Positions 38,029 to 51,200 of a stretch of 64,000 nucleotides of DNA are shown one piece after another (the first letter of the stretch is position 1; each line of letters begins with the position of its first letter). Source of the stretch: Utricularia gibba (Eukaryota; Plantae; Magnoliophyta); assembly GCA_002189035.1 (NCBI GenBank), contig CM007991.1:3596001-3660000 (forward strand), given 5' to 3'. The translations under genes and the position numbers were made by a program. The notes beneath the pieces were generated by a model that was given only the letters and a program-made list of their open reading frames with translations, was not told where the DNA came from and did not search any database.

Positions 38029-39150
38029 TCACATACAGTACAAGCAGAAGGTGAAAAAAGCAGCAATGCTTCCAAGGATGCACAGCTTGTCTAACCTGTT
38101 CTCGTACCGCATCTTCTCCTCCTTGAGCTCGCTCTGAACTTTGGAGTACAAATGGCAAGATTCCAGTGCCGCACTGTAGTCCTTGCTACGAGGGCAGCTC
38201 AGCGCTTCATTCAGGACGACAAGGCTGTTACGACCATTGACATGGGATCCTTCCATGTCTACCAGCTGCATACTGAGTTCTGTCAAACTGAGCACTGTCT
38301 GCGAGCCTTCGTTTTCTGTGAGAGCCACTCTGAACTTCATCATGAGAATGCACTCCACTGCTTGGCATGGGAGAATGTCTTTTGCAGGGAGGATGGAGCC
38401 GAATCGTATCAAGAAATCTCTTTCAGTTGGCCAATGCCTCTGACCTCCAACGGGGCTCCAGCTTGAGAGATTAGCAGCCTTCTTGGTTCTTCTGTTGACG
38501 AGGATCCAGCTCAGCCTGATCCCATCTCGAAGCTCTCGCCATAGCTTTCCATCTTTTCTTTCTTGCTCCAGGGACCAAATCGAGGGAAGCCCTTCTGAGG
38601 GTGATAGTGTGGCTTCGTCTGAATGATCATCTTCTCGAGCAGAGTAGGCAAGAAGGTCGATCCGAAAAGGGCAGCTGTAAAACCATCCATTTGAGCCGTT
38701 GGCATTGGGAATGCCCCAGAGAACCTTTGAACACACTGCTTTTTCTTTGTATCTGACATCCACTACAGAGACAAAATCAGATGGTGAAATGTTGTCAAAC
38801 TCATCTTCATCAAAGCAACCCACGAAATCATCCAATTCTTCAGGGTAGTCCGAGTACTCTCTCAACTGAAACTCCTGCACCCCCTTGTTCACTATGAGGG
38901 GAAAACAGTCTGCAAAAAATTTTTTGAACCCTCCAATGGAGCAGATCATATTCTTGACATCATCCCGGTTGGTTGAAGGCCACATAGATGAACACACATT
39001 TTCCCATAGTCTTTCTTCTTTGGAGATAGAATAGAAAGTTTCACATGCACAAGCAGCAGTAGCCAAAGTAGCTCCATCCAGACGCTTAAGTATGTCATAA
39101 CAGAGGTCAGTGCTCAACGAACTCATGATATCAGTGAACAAAACGGGCAT
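38029..39150 (-). CDS. F-box protein with C-terminal hydrophobic anchor (At2g27310/At2g36090/CFB-related family), single coding exon
   Basis: F-box LSTDLCYDILKRLDGATLATAAC...LWENVCSSMWPST; LSWILVN; C-terminal LCILGSIAAFFTFCLYCM. Acceptor near 39154 and a 5'UTR exon at about 39742-39960. The start could be 39150 or 39126. Confidence 0.88.
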   Translation of the reverse strand: MPVLFTDIMSSLSTDLCYDILKRLDGATLATAACACETFYSISKEERLWENVCSSMWPSTNRDDVKNMICSIGGFKKFFADCFPLIVNKGVQEFQLREYSDYPEELDDFVGCFDEDEFDNISPSDFVSVVDVRYKEKAVCSKVLWGIPNANGSNGWFYSCPFRIDLLAYSAREDDHSDEATLSPSEGLPSIWSLEQERKDGKLWRELRDGIRLSWILVNRRTKKAANLSSWSPVGGQRHWPTERDFLIRFGSILPAKDILPCQAVECILMMKFRVALTENEGSQTVLSLTELSMQLVDMEGSHVNGRNSLVVLNEALSCPRSKDYSAALESCHLYSKVQSELKEEKMRYENRLDKLCILGSIAAFFTFCLYCM

Positions 39151-41391
39151 TATCTGCAAGTGCGTGCCAAATGGAAATCCTGAATAAATCCAACTGAGAA
39201 GAAGATCACAAAATAGAAAGCCTAAGACAGCAAAGGTGGTTGACCCAATTCCTTAGGATGTGGAGGAAAAAAGTTTGATTCCCACAAGTGACATCTATCT
39301 GAGAAACCTGTGGTGTCTGGTTTCCTTCCTAAAAAATAAATAAAGAAATAGCATTAATCATGATTTAACACCACAGGAATCCAAGATTCCCCTGTGCCAG
39401 TAACTCGTCTTGGTTAAAGAACAGATCTTTCGTGCAACAAATGAAGGTTAGCAGAAAAATCTACGAGTGAATCTGTGCAATAATCACTCATTGCGCGTTT
39501 ACGCCGCGCGTAAAAAAGAAGCATTCACCTCTCACAGTCGGCGACTTGACGAAAACAAAAAGAGAGAAAAGCAAAAGGGGCACCTTCTCCTTCACCAAAA
39601 AATCCAATAACCCAGAGCAAGAGCGGCAAGTTCACCCGCACACCAACATTTCGAGCAAAAAATACACTAAAATTCCATAACATCCAAAAACAACCCAGGA
39701 AAGAGGCCTCGAAGATACGTGAGAAGGGAGCCAACAGTACCTGAAAGAAGACAAAACTGCACAGAAGAGTTTCTGGGCATTGACCTGAACGCCGAGAAGG
39801 GCTCACAATTGAGTCAAAAGCGAGACAATGGTGACGAGTCAATCTCAGGAATTGCAGCCTCCCACGGAGGAAATTCTTCTCCTTTTGAGGGGCCCCGACT
39901 TTTTCTGCTCTGATATTTCTCAATTCTCTTTCCTCCGGCCGCCCATTTCTCACTTCTTTTCTACAAAAAATTAAAAAAAAAGAAAAACATTTTTTTTTCA
40001 ATTAATAAGATGAAGCATATTGTAAAATATGTTATAAATTTAATATTGTAATAATATTAAATATTATTGAAACTATTGCATTTCAAAATGATCATCTCCA
40101 CTTTTTATTATATGTATTAACATAAAATATTCTTATGAGACAAAATTGGGCCCATGGTCTTCTTGGATTCTATCTTTTTTTTTTAAATATTTCAAAAAAA
40201 AAAAAGTTTAAAAAAACATTGTTTTAATAATTTTTTTTATGTTTTGACCTAGTGACCATCATATACATTGATTACGAACATGGTAAGAAATACGTTTAAA
40301 TAGAATGACTTTTTTGATCTTATGTGAGATATTTTTTTAAAAAATAAGAATGTAAAATTATGAAGATTGGATGATTAAAATGTAATATCATATAAAAATA
40401 ATATGAATCTTAACATTTAGTATTAAAGTCAAAATTGGACATATGCCAATAGAAGTACAAAGACACTATTGCCTAAACGTGTAATAATGTCAACTAGGTA
40501 CCTAGTGATGATATCATATATTGGTTATAAATAAAGGAAAAATTATATTTAAATAGAGATAATCTTATGTGATTAATTTTTCTTAAAGAAAATAACATAA
40601 AATTGTGATAATTAAGTATTTAAAAGTATAATATCATATAAGTAGAACATAATTGATAACAAGGATTATAAAAATGATCAATTTTCTCTCACACATATCA
40701 ACATATTGTGTAGATTTTTTTATCTAAATAAGGGGATGATGATGAGAGAAGTTGATTTCTCAATCAATGACCTAATCAAGCAAAACAATAAAAGTCAATG
40801 GATTTAATGGGATGGGGCCCTGAGGGATAAGCACAATGTCTTCGCCATGTCATGGGCCCGATGTGCATATGCCCCAACTAAAAGCATTTAATATTTTTTT
40901 AGTAAAAAAGAAAAAAAACCTACTCAATTATTGTGATGATGATGACGTGAGATCTCGACAGGTGGACGGTTGCTAATTAGTCATGCGAAAAGGCCCTCAG
41001 TGAGAAAAAAAAAAAGCTAATCCGGGGCGGGCCCAAAGCGGGTAGCGGGCTTATTGGGTCCGTTTGGATACTTCATGGGCCTCCAGCGCCCTTTTACAGA
41101 ACTGGCCCAAAAATGCACATATTTGACTCTGTACACGGCGGACCTGTCTTCACCGGCGAGGCGAAGATGGCCGTAATCGGGACCCTCGTTACTTCCCAGG
41201 TGTTCGCCGGAGAGTGTGGGTATTTGAGGGTGAGTGATTGCGAGTAACATGATGATTTCTGTTGGATTGCAATGGAGGAAGAAGATATGAATTGAGCAGA
41301 GATTGGGGGGCTTTTACAAAAACTGATCGGATACAAGAAACCAGCCTGCGTCTAAACCCTAGGATCTACTGTACAAGGGAGGAGCGTCCCG

Positions 41392-41505
41392 TCATTCATG
41401 CCAGCAGAGGAGAAGAAGAGCGCATCTCCAGACAATGTAAAGGCGAGCCTTGCGCTGTCTAATCCCATTCCTCATGCTTCTCCCACTCGACAAAACCGAA
41501 GCCAT
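41392..41505 (-). CDS. DVL: DEVIL/ROTUNDIFOLIA-like (DVL/RTFL) small peptide, 37 aa
   Basis: MASVLSSGRSMRNGIRQRKARLYIVWRCALLLLCWHE* matches the RTF motif xxRLYIxxRCxxxLLCWxD/E. TATA (CTATATAA) at 41611-41618 on the same strand. Confidence 0.93.
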   Translation of the reverse strand: MASVLSSGRSMRNGIRQRKARLYIVWRCALLLLCWHE

Positions 41506-42650
41506 CTTCCTTCTTCTTCCTTTTCGACACAACAAGGACTCACTGTGAACACCAATGGAGGGAGGCAACCTGCAGTGCTTGTGCTGCTGGTATTCGTCGG
41601 GGTGGGCTGCTTATATAGCACTGGGAATGAATGATTAGAAAGACAGACACAGCAGCCCCTGTCTCGTTCTCTGGATGATGACCATGTTCATATGTTCCGG
41701 CGGTTGAGGGACACAAATCTCCAATCCCATCCACTGAATTTGGACTCCACTGCGGCGGAGCCGGCGGATGCACGTGGCGCCTCCTTGCCGTGTCCCATTC
41801 GGCCGACCAGACACACCACCACCCCTATGGGACACGGGGAGAGTTGGAGTGTAGTGAGACAGGAATCCAGAGCCACCAATGGGAGCTGCACCCCCACGTG
41901 CGTACAGTGCAGGTCACCACACCACCCGATCGTGTATCATTACAGCTGTGTATCAATCATTATGCTTGCCATGGGATGAAGATGATCAAGATGGCAACAC
42001 GTATAGCTTCTCCCCGGGATTAGGACACTGGAGATGATGAGGCCACGTGAGGCTGTTGTGCTGTATAGGTACACATCATTTGGAAGCATTCAAAAAGTTT
42101 AGAATATAATTGTAATTACGAATTATTTAAAAACTTCGTAAATTTTAAATTCTAATGTTATTGCCAAGCAATCATCAGCACAATGCAGGGAATTTTGTCA
42201 GCATTTGCATTCTTTACAGTACCAGGTTTGCTAATAATGTTACAGCAATCTAGCAAGTAAAAATCATATGACTGGAAAAGGAAAAAGGAAAGAGTTCATA
42301 GCAGGTGATATATTACAGTAACCTAGAAGCAATCTGTCAATGAGGATGGTAGACTGACAGACTGACAGACAAGACAGACCGATCCCTTCATTTACAGAAG
42401 GCAAATATTTCTGAGGGAGAGAATACAGCACCTAGAGGCAGGTGTGGATGACATCATGGAAGTTACCAATACCATAACGAACATGTGGTCCTGGCTTGGT
42501 TCATTGACCCACACCAGTTAAAAAAAAAACATCTCCCAACTGCCAAACCACCAAAATCTGAACTTCAGTTCAAGCTCCAGCACAAACGAAAGACATGGGA
42601 TCAAACGTGGAGAGGGAATTGTTACCTGAGAAGCTGGAAAAAACCGGAGA

Positions 42651-45600
42651 TCACCTAGGCCTCCAGTAATCAGAAGCTGAAATGCACAAGAAACCGGAGA
42701 TCAGTTATGGGGAAGAAAAAGGAGGTCAAAAGCTAACATAAAAAGGTCAGTCTGGTGAACCTATATTATCAACAGGAATGGGGCCTTCACAATGGCTGTA
42801 GTGATTTACATGCCTATGGTTCACAGGGCCTGGAGGGCAGTTCCATCTGTTGCTTGGAAAAGGGGGATCACGGGGCGAACCAGCATATGAAGGTGGCACA
42901 TTATTCATCCTACCATTATCTTGATAGCATGGACCTGAGAGAGGAGATGAAGAGATGAATATTCTATTAATTATGAAGCGGCTAAGGAACTATAATAAAC
43001 GAGTCAGATAGCTCTAGTTACCTGAATTGTATGGATATGGAGGCCTCCAGTAATCTCCTGGATGACCACGATAGCTAAATTTATTTCTATCCCGGTGTCG
43101 GTAGAAATTACTGTTTTCAGGATTGCGAGAACGATATCTATTATAATGCTGAGGTGGGTTATCTCTACGTGATTGTTCCCGTTCATGGGCATATGAAAAT
43201 TGACTCTGGGCAGCAGACTGTGGAGGCCGCCAATGGAAACCCTTACCATACGGCTCACTTCTCTGGAAATCAGAAGAAGCTCGGCCAGAGAAATGGGAGT
43301 TAGGCCGATTGACAGGACAGGCACTATTTGAATCAGGAACCTTTCTGGGCACCTGGTCTTCAAAATATCCATTGCCCTGATGGCGATGATGAGCAGCATC
43401 CACCGCCGGCCTTACTCTTTGTTGATCAGATTGGTTGCATATTGATTCCCTATTGCTATTCTGCTCACAGACAAATAACACATAATGATTAAAATATAAA
43501 AACTTTCACCAAGACATATGAATATCACACACACACACACACGCAAAACCAGTAAAAAGGGGCTAAGAAAAGAACCTGAGAATTTGATAAATGCTTTGAG
43601 TCAACATCATCTGTAGGGGCTACAGAAGGAAAACCAGATGGCGAGTTTTCATGAGGCAGAGGCTGAGGCTGCTGAGGAGCACACTGAGAAAATGGAGCAG
43701 ATGCGAGCTGCGCATCCCCTTGCTGCAGTGTAAATAATGTCTCATCGTTGTTCATGGATAGATGATGTGAAATCTGAGTGCTATCTGTTCCAGCAGTGTT
43801 GGTTAAAGTAGAATCAGCTTCACAAAAGGGGGCCACATCCTCCATTTCAAGCTCACCCTCAACATCTTCCAAGATGCAGACGCGTTTCTCTACTGTAGGA
43901 ATTGGAGTCCCTTCAGCGTCCTGAGTATCAACACTAAGCCATCCAGATTCGGAGTTCTCTCCATCAGAATAATTTTTTCCATCACTGTGACACCGCATGG
44001 GAGGCATACAGAAACCTGGAAGCTGAATACTTGAATTACTGAAAGAAGACAGGATACATAAGAAACACTTCAGGCCTAAAAAAAACCCGAGTAGAATTAA
44101 ATTGAAGAGATGTATCATCATCAAATGGACTGTGAAAAAAACATCAACTTGCCTTCCATATTCGTCAACTAGCATACCCTCCATTTGTCTAATAGGATCA
44201 TCAAAAGCTCTTTCATTTCTCTGCGGACGCCGGGGGCCAGCCACAGGGTATGGACAACAGAAGGCCTCAAGTTCTCTGATATGATGGCGGATTATGGGTT
44301 CTGGAAGTATTTTTCTCTCCAGCCACACCTTCAAAACCTACTCATTTTCCCAATTAATTAGAATATTATGCACTGAACGAAACATCAAGGAAGTTGATCA
44401 AGAGGTGGATTGAAGCATGAGCATACGGAGCATATCACTCACTTTTAGACACTGCCTATGATTTTCAGTAGAGCTGCTACTAGGAGGGGCAGCAGCTGAT
44501 AACAGACGGGGCAACATTGCCTGCACTGAGGATAGATACACCCCTCCATCACCTGACCATGCAAAGAACTTCAGGCTAAAACATCCAGTAAATAAAAATA
44601 CAACCACCCCACAAGCCCGATTTAAAATGGTGATGACTTCATGACAGAATTGAAAATATATATCTTACCTTTCATTGTCCGGGAGCACTGAGTGATGGAA
44701 TCAATAAGGAAGAACAAATTTACTCTTTTGTGCAAACTTGTTTCACGTTCCAAAACACAAACCAGTATTTCTACCACCTAAAGAATAAGAAAAGGAAAAT
44801 CAATATAAGGATGGCTTCTAGCCAGTCAAACATACACTCAAAAACTTAGGAGGTGAAAACAATCCAGCCAATCATGCAAATTATTGGCATTAGTCTTACG
44901 GCACTCAATAGCTAACTCTTTAAACAGGTATATGTAAGCAACATACTAGAGCTAAAATCAGTTTACAAATATATGATAAAATTAAATTCTCTAGATGGTA
45001 AAGGGTAAAAGATAAAGTTCTACATAATACCTTGGGTGCGAGACCAAATTTTGCAGCATCAATAGCCATTCGAGTAGCACGACCAATACTATCTTTTGTC
45101 CTGGTCAATGATCCTAGCATGGATTCAAAAGCCAATAAAGATTCTTCTTTGTTGCTTGACTTGCTTGCAGAATTGAATTTATCAAGAGTGATGTTATTTA
45201 TCACATCAGTTGCTAAAGAACAAGGTGGAGACTCTCTTGCACCAGGATTTGGCCCATCAGTTACTGAGGAAGAAGATTGAGTAACTGAAATAGTTCTTTC
45301 ATCCATGTATTCACATGCAACAGAAGGCAATAGAGATTGATCAACACTATCTGACAGCTCAATGTGGGCTGGAATAGCATTTGAATTCACAGATGGCAGA
45401 CTCGCTTCTTCATTAGATTCAGACCTAAGGAAATGCAGGAAAAAAAAACAGGATGAATACATGTCCAGGAGCTGGGGAGGGGGTGAACTTTGATGGCCGT
45501 AAAACGTCATTACCTCCTAGCCTCTTGTTTATTTTTTATCAGAAGATCAGTGTTGTTGAACTCATCATCAGCTTTAGGATCTGAATCATTCATAGGAACA

Positions 45601-48600
45601 GCAGTATTGTTCTTGGATGGAGCTCTAGAAATTTCTTCCACAGGGTTGGAATGTGAATTCATCTGCAAAATAGCAGGAGCTGCTTTCTCTTCCATGATAG
45701 CTTCAGTGACTTCTTCTACATTGTTGGAATGTGAATTTATCTGCAAAATCCTAGGATGTGATTTTTCTTCGACAATGTCCAAGTTGGGACTACCAATCTT
45801 GCTCTGATCAGTTGGGGAAATTTTTGGGTGGGTACCCAGTTCATTGCCAGCCGTAGTTGAAGCTAACTTTTTATGAAGCACAACTTCCATTTCCGTTACC
45901 AAATCCTCAGTCATCGAGATCTCAAGGGAACTATCTTCAGTTTTCACACATTCAGATGATTCCCTGTGAATTTCATGACTTGTGTTGTGAACATCAGTTT
46001 CACAACGATCCAGTGTGGCTATAATCATTTGTGTGTTGCCATCCCCACATAGCCCAGATTCATCAGTGCCGACATCCTTTTCTGCCTCCGACACCATTTC
46101 AGCTGAGTCCTTCCCAAAGGCACAGGAATTATTAGAGTAAACACTTACAATAGGAGAATCAAGGAGGGGCCCCTCGCAATCATCAGCAGCATTAGCAGAC
46201 ATTGCCTCTAGTGCACGATGTATACGTTTTGTCGGAGGCAAACTAGCTTCTCCATCCATGGGATATCTCTTAATGTCACAATGGTGAGATTTTTCATCAA
46301 GGCTTACACTTGATAAATATGAATTTGGATGGTTCTCCATGCTTGGCCGTTCCACAACTGCAGAAGTTTTCACAATGCTATGATGGCAATGTACGGATGA
46401 ACTTTCAGGGTCCTTAGACGCTTCTTTCTTGTGAGACATCAAACCTTCTTCTAATGATGATGGAGATGATCTTCCCATTCGCACTCGGGCTCTCTTCACC
46501 AACGGCAAGTGTTCATCACCATCTTCCTTGATAGTTATTTGGACTGACTTCTTAGAGAAACTAGAGGAAGAATCAAAAGAATTTACAACTCCGGCATCTG
46601 AACAAAAAAACCTGGCCTTATCTACGGTAGCATTGTCATTCCCCTGCCGTTTTCGACTTCGCATTCTTTTCTTCTTAATAATTGCTGGATCAATTGGAAA
46701 GTCAAGTCTATCATCTAACTCTCTTTCCAGTACACTCTTTTCAGCTAAAATCCTTGATCCCATGGATTTGGCATTAATATCTGAAGCTTTCCAGTCATTA
46801 ATACTCACTGTATCAGATTCCAATGACAAAATTTCAGAGCCACTTTCTTCATTCTCATCCTCTGACACACTGCAATGCAGATCCGCATCCTGACCTTCAG
46901 AATCATCAGACGCTTTCATGATTCTCCTGCTTCTTCTTAAATGGCGATTCTGAGACACATTAGCCCCAGAATTTCTAGTACGCCTACTACACCCATTTCC
47001 AAGTCCTCTACTACCTCCATAGGAAGTACTTCTGGACCTAAGAGTAGATTTGCTACTCTCAGACGAACCATTTACATGATAAAATTTCGACTCATCCCCT
47101 CGGGAACCAGAAATAGACGGAGGTTCTATAGACACTAAACTTGATGATGCCTCCAGAACCTTTTTCTCTTCATCATGCAAAGGTAATTCAGCAGCTGCAG
47201 CCACAGCTGCCTCACACAGAAAATGAACATCCGTGTTGACCTCTGTTTCACGTGGGTTTTCCATTTCAATGGAAGGTTCGGCTTCACATTTCGCTGGTGA
47301 AGTTGTTGACTGCTTAGAGTTGTTTCCATTGAGTATAATACTCTCTTCAGAACCATTAGCTTTACCATCATCCTTTTGTTTTTTTAACTTTTCAAAGCAT
47401 TCAATTATCTCATTCACTGCTCTACCAAACTCGGCGCCTTTACCATGACGTCTTCCCAACAGAGACACCTTCTTCTCTTCTGTAAACTCTTCAATGTCAG
47501 CAGGATTGCAGAAGGCACTGAAACAGTATCACAAGATAAGTTATTCTCATGAGCAAAAACTTTTGAAAAAAAAAATGAATACCCTTAACCCCGTTATATA
47601 CGTACAAAAATCAGGGTTACAGAACTTTCAAGAGAAATAATAATCGCACAAGAACTCACATCTGTTCGCCACCAAAAAAACATACTACCACTTTCTTTGA
47701 ATCAGCTGAATGGCCCCACTTCTCTGGGTCGCCAACCTGCCAAGGGAAAGCAGAGAGATTGCAGGACTAATAACAAAGTTTATATATCTAGAGTGGCTGT
47801 GAATAAAACAATTAGCAGCTTTTGCATGATGACAAGAAATGCCAAACAGTACACTCTGTCGAATAACAAAGATGTCAAAATAATCCCTCAAAAGATTAAC
47901 CCAATGCCTACACCATTATCAAATGAAAAAAATCTGCAAGGAACGAGAAAATGCTTGAAAAGAAAACATTATCAATTGGAATCCAGAAAAAACTCTTAGC
48001 AAAGACATCGAACTAATTTATTAGCATGTTGAGCAGAAAGGGCATATCCAACTATTATTTTAGCTTTATAAATCCTACCTACATACACATTCAATTCAGA
48101 AATTCTATGTTCATGCATGAGTTGTCAATTGAACAGAATCGAATTAAGTTTGCAGGACATGCCTGATGGCACACATGCAAACAAGAACAATCATCCCCCA
48201 TGAGCCAGTTTCAAACAAATTTCATTCATCTTGAGTTAGAGATTCAAATTAACCATAAAAAACGCCAATTTTACACCATGGACTATGAAATCCCCCACAT
48301 AAATATCTTTTCTTGTATGAAGCACACATGAATCAAATTATAATTTCAACATTAAATACCCTAGTGCCTTCAGAAACACCTAGCAATAATTTAACCAGAG
48401 GAGCAGGACGAGGTTCTAATTCAGATCTAAGCGAAGCAAACAGCCTCCGAAAGCAGAAAAATAAAACCATAAACCGGGAACAAGAGACATACGAAAACAT
48501 ATTCTTTCCTGAAGGAAAACAGAAGCAATTCAAGACTTACCCTCGCAGGCCACGCCGGAAATCCCTTAACTTTGGCGAGCACGAGATCCCCAATCTTCCA

Positions 48601-48654
48601 CGTCCGCGGTGCGGCAGACAATCTCTGGGCAGCGCTCCTTCCTCGCGGCGCCAT
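42651..48654 (-). CDS. HULK3: HUA2-LIKE (HULK2/3-type) protein: PWWP, CID and Pro-rich tail
   Basis: WKIGDLVLAKVKGFPAWPAR/VGDPEKWGHSADSKKVVVCFFG; CID region FESMLGSLTRTKDSIGRATRMAIDAAKFG...RVNLFFLIDSITQCS; NERAFDDPIRQMEGMLVDEYG; final exon ASDYWRPR*. One GC-AG intron (44039-44152). Confidence 0.95.
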
Positions 48655-49470
48655 AACGAATTACCAAAAACCCATACATAAACTCCAAAATCAGCACGCT
48701 TATACAAGAAGCCCCAAAACCCACAACAATTCACATAAACGCACTCAGTCTCCCAACCCACTGCACTTCGAGCCACGATACACTGAAAAAAATTAAGAGG
48801 GCGCGCCCTCTAATCAGCAGCGTTAAGGTGTAGAAGGAGAGAGCTGGGTAAAGTTGGTTTGCGGTAGGCAGAAAGGAGGTGAGAACAGAACTCTACTCAG
48901 TCAGAAGAGGAGACAGAATCGAAGTATTTTTTTTTTTTTATTTTTGATCAGTTTGATTTTCTGGTAATGTGCGACGCGGCATCCTCAAGCCCGTCATCAA
49001 GATTCCGTGACCGGAGCATTCTGGGCCCCGTTCGGCCCAAGCCCAATCCCTCCGTCAGTAAATACAATGGAGCCCACTGCATTAAACCTTCAATATCCTA
49101 TAATTTTGAGTTATTTAAAATAATATCAATTTAATATACAGGATAATGCAGAACACTAGCATTACCTTATGTTCAAAAACAAATAATATTATCTAAAATT
49201 AATTTTAATTCAGTAATATATTTATTAATAATCGTAGTTCATGGATTTATAAATTATTTGTATTATAGAAATCATTTTTATTTAATATAATGAGTTACAA
49301 CAAGAATAAATATAATTATAAATTTAAATTTCAAAATTCATTTTTTTAAATGATCCGAATCTATTTTATGCTTCTTGTAAAATTATAATGATTTTAATTA
49401 TTCGCATTAAATGTATAATTTATTCTTTGAACCACAATTGAGATTGTCAATTGGTTTTGATTTCAATATT

Positions 49471-50165
49471 CTACATCATTGAGCAGTTGCCGCCATAGCC
49501 GTGTGGGTCGTAAGCTCCTGGTCTGGTGCAGTGCTGCTGGAAGGAGGGATCCCTCATCGGCCAAGGCAGTGTGTATTGATTGGCGGACATGTAAGGAGGG
49601 AAGTGATGGTGGAACTGGGCGTCCTCCGGGGCGGAATTGCGGAACATCCCCATCTGCCGATGATCAGTGCAGTAAAAATCGCGGCAAAACCGGTCGTCGA
49701 ACGGTACCGGGTCGTACTCCTCGCATCTGTGCTCTTCTCCGGCGGTGTCGTGGCTCCGGTAATGGTGGTTGCTCTTTCTTGGCCGCACGACCTCAGCAAC
49801 CTTCCCACTGTCAGATACTGCTTGCACCAGAAACTTGGGGTCCATGCTACCGGTGACTGTCAGGAGATTCTCCTCCGCGTCGATGGAGACTGATTGCACG
49901 CCTAGTTGAGAAGTAGAACAGAAGACGCGATCAACATACACACGGTCAGCAGATCAGTGAAATGAAAGAAACTGCTGGAGAATCATCACTCATCACCATC
50001 GATCTTGAAGATTTTCCTCCTAAGCCTCCTCTGGTATGATGGGCAGCATATTGTTTTGATCTTCAACTCAACAGTCTGCAAAATGCAAGGCATCAAGGAG
50101 CATACCCTTCACAGGCTGGTCTACAAAAGAAACTCTGTTACCTGATTGTCAGAGGAGTATTCCAT
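49471..50165 (-). CDS. Heavy-metal-associated isoprenylated plant protein (HIPP) with a degenerate metal site, 3 exons
   Basis: MEYSSDNQ/TVELKIKTICCPSYQRRLRRKIFKIDG/VQSVSIDAEENLLTVTGSMDPKFLVQAVSDSGKVAEVV...CSMM*. HMA fold pattern plus CaaX terminus. Confidence 0.88.
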
Positions 50166-50472
50166 GATCAGAAAACGAGAAGAAGAAGATGAAGAAACGC
50201 TGCTCTTCTTTCGTCTGTAACCGTAGGCTATGTATGGATCTTGGTGTAACGACTTAAAGGCGAGATTTTCTACTGTGAAATTTGGTAAAAATGGAGACCC
50301 AATAAAGGAAATGCTGAAATTCAGGATTTTCTGCATAAGGCAACGATTGCCAAGAGATCACAACGTTTCGACAAGAATATCAAATGCAACACTAAGGAAC
50401 TAAACTCAAATTTTGCCTTCCATAAAACCCAAATGCACCACCGCAGCGTTTCCATAAATCCTGAAAGCAGAG

Positions 50473-51200
50473 CTAACCACCACGAGCTTCTCGTCTGGTG
50501 GCATCATGAAGCAGTTCAGCATCAACCCCCTCAGGAGGTAGCTGAACATACCTGACAACCGATCCTCTAATGAAGCAGTTCCGGACTGAGAGCTGCAGTA
50601 TTATCAACCATTAGCCTTAGGATGGATGGTATGTGAAGCTTGCAACATAATAGCAGAAAATCCATTTCGCACTTAATGCATATCATAAGATGCAGCATTG
50701 ATACCCCAAGAGCAACTCAGGAGTGAACGAATCAAGAAATGCTATCAGGTCTATAACATAATCGATCAGCGAAAGCAATGCTTCAACAGTTAATGTGAAC
50801 AGAAAACCACTTCATAGAAAACTCAGATACCCCATTAGAAGCTCATGCTCAAGCATTCAGTGCTTTCAAACAGACACATCTACAAACCACGGGAACAAAA
50901 TCAGAACACAAATTGGGCAATGCCTTCGCACCCATCACGCAGTTTCCTTTTCGCAAGAAATTACCATGTGAGGGTACTTGTCTTGATCAACAGCCCTTGT
51001 GTTCTCCAACTTAATGTTGAGATATTGATCAACCGAGTGAAGAGTTCCCCTAATACCCAAATCGTTCTTCAACTCCACAGTCACCTCTCTGCCCACCAAA
51101 TCCTTGAAGTACGAAAAGAACAACTGCAAGAAGAAACAAGAAAACGAAAGGTCAATAAATTAGCAGAAGAAGCGTCGTAAGGGTAAGAAACCGGAACCAT
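50473..51200 (-). CDS. LSM2: Sm-like protein LSm2, 3 exons
   Basis: M/LFFSYFKDLVGREVTVELKNDLGIRGTLHSVDQYLNIKLENTRAVDQDKYPHM/LSVRNCFIRGSVVRYVQLPPEGVDAELLHDATRREARGG*. Confidence 0.97.

Noticed and set aside
42770-42790. Suspected frameshift in the penultimate HULK exon
   Set aside because: Recounting shows a four-base run giving GGC CCC ATT (GPIPVDNI), in frame with the last exon.
48976-49006. miR172*-like sequence (GCGGCATC...CATCAAGATTC)
   Set aside because: Interrupted match with no complementary arm or hairpin; it lies in promoter sequence.
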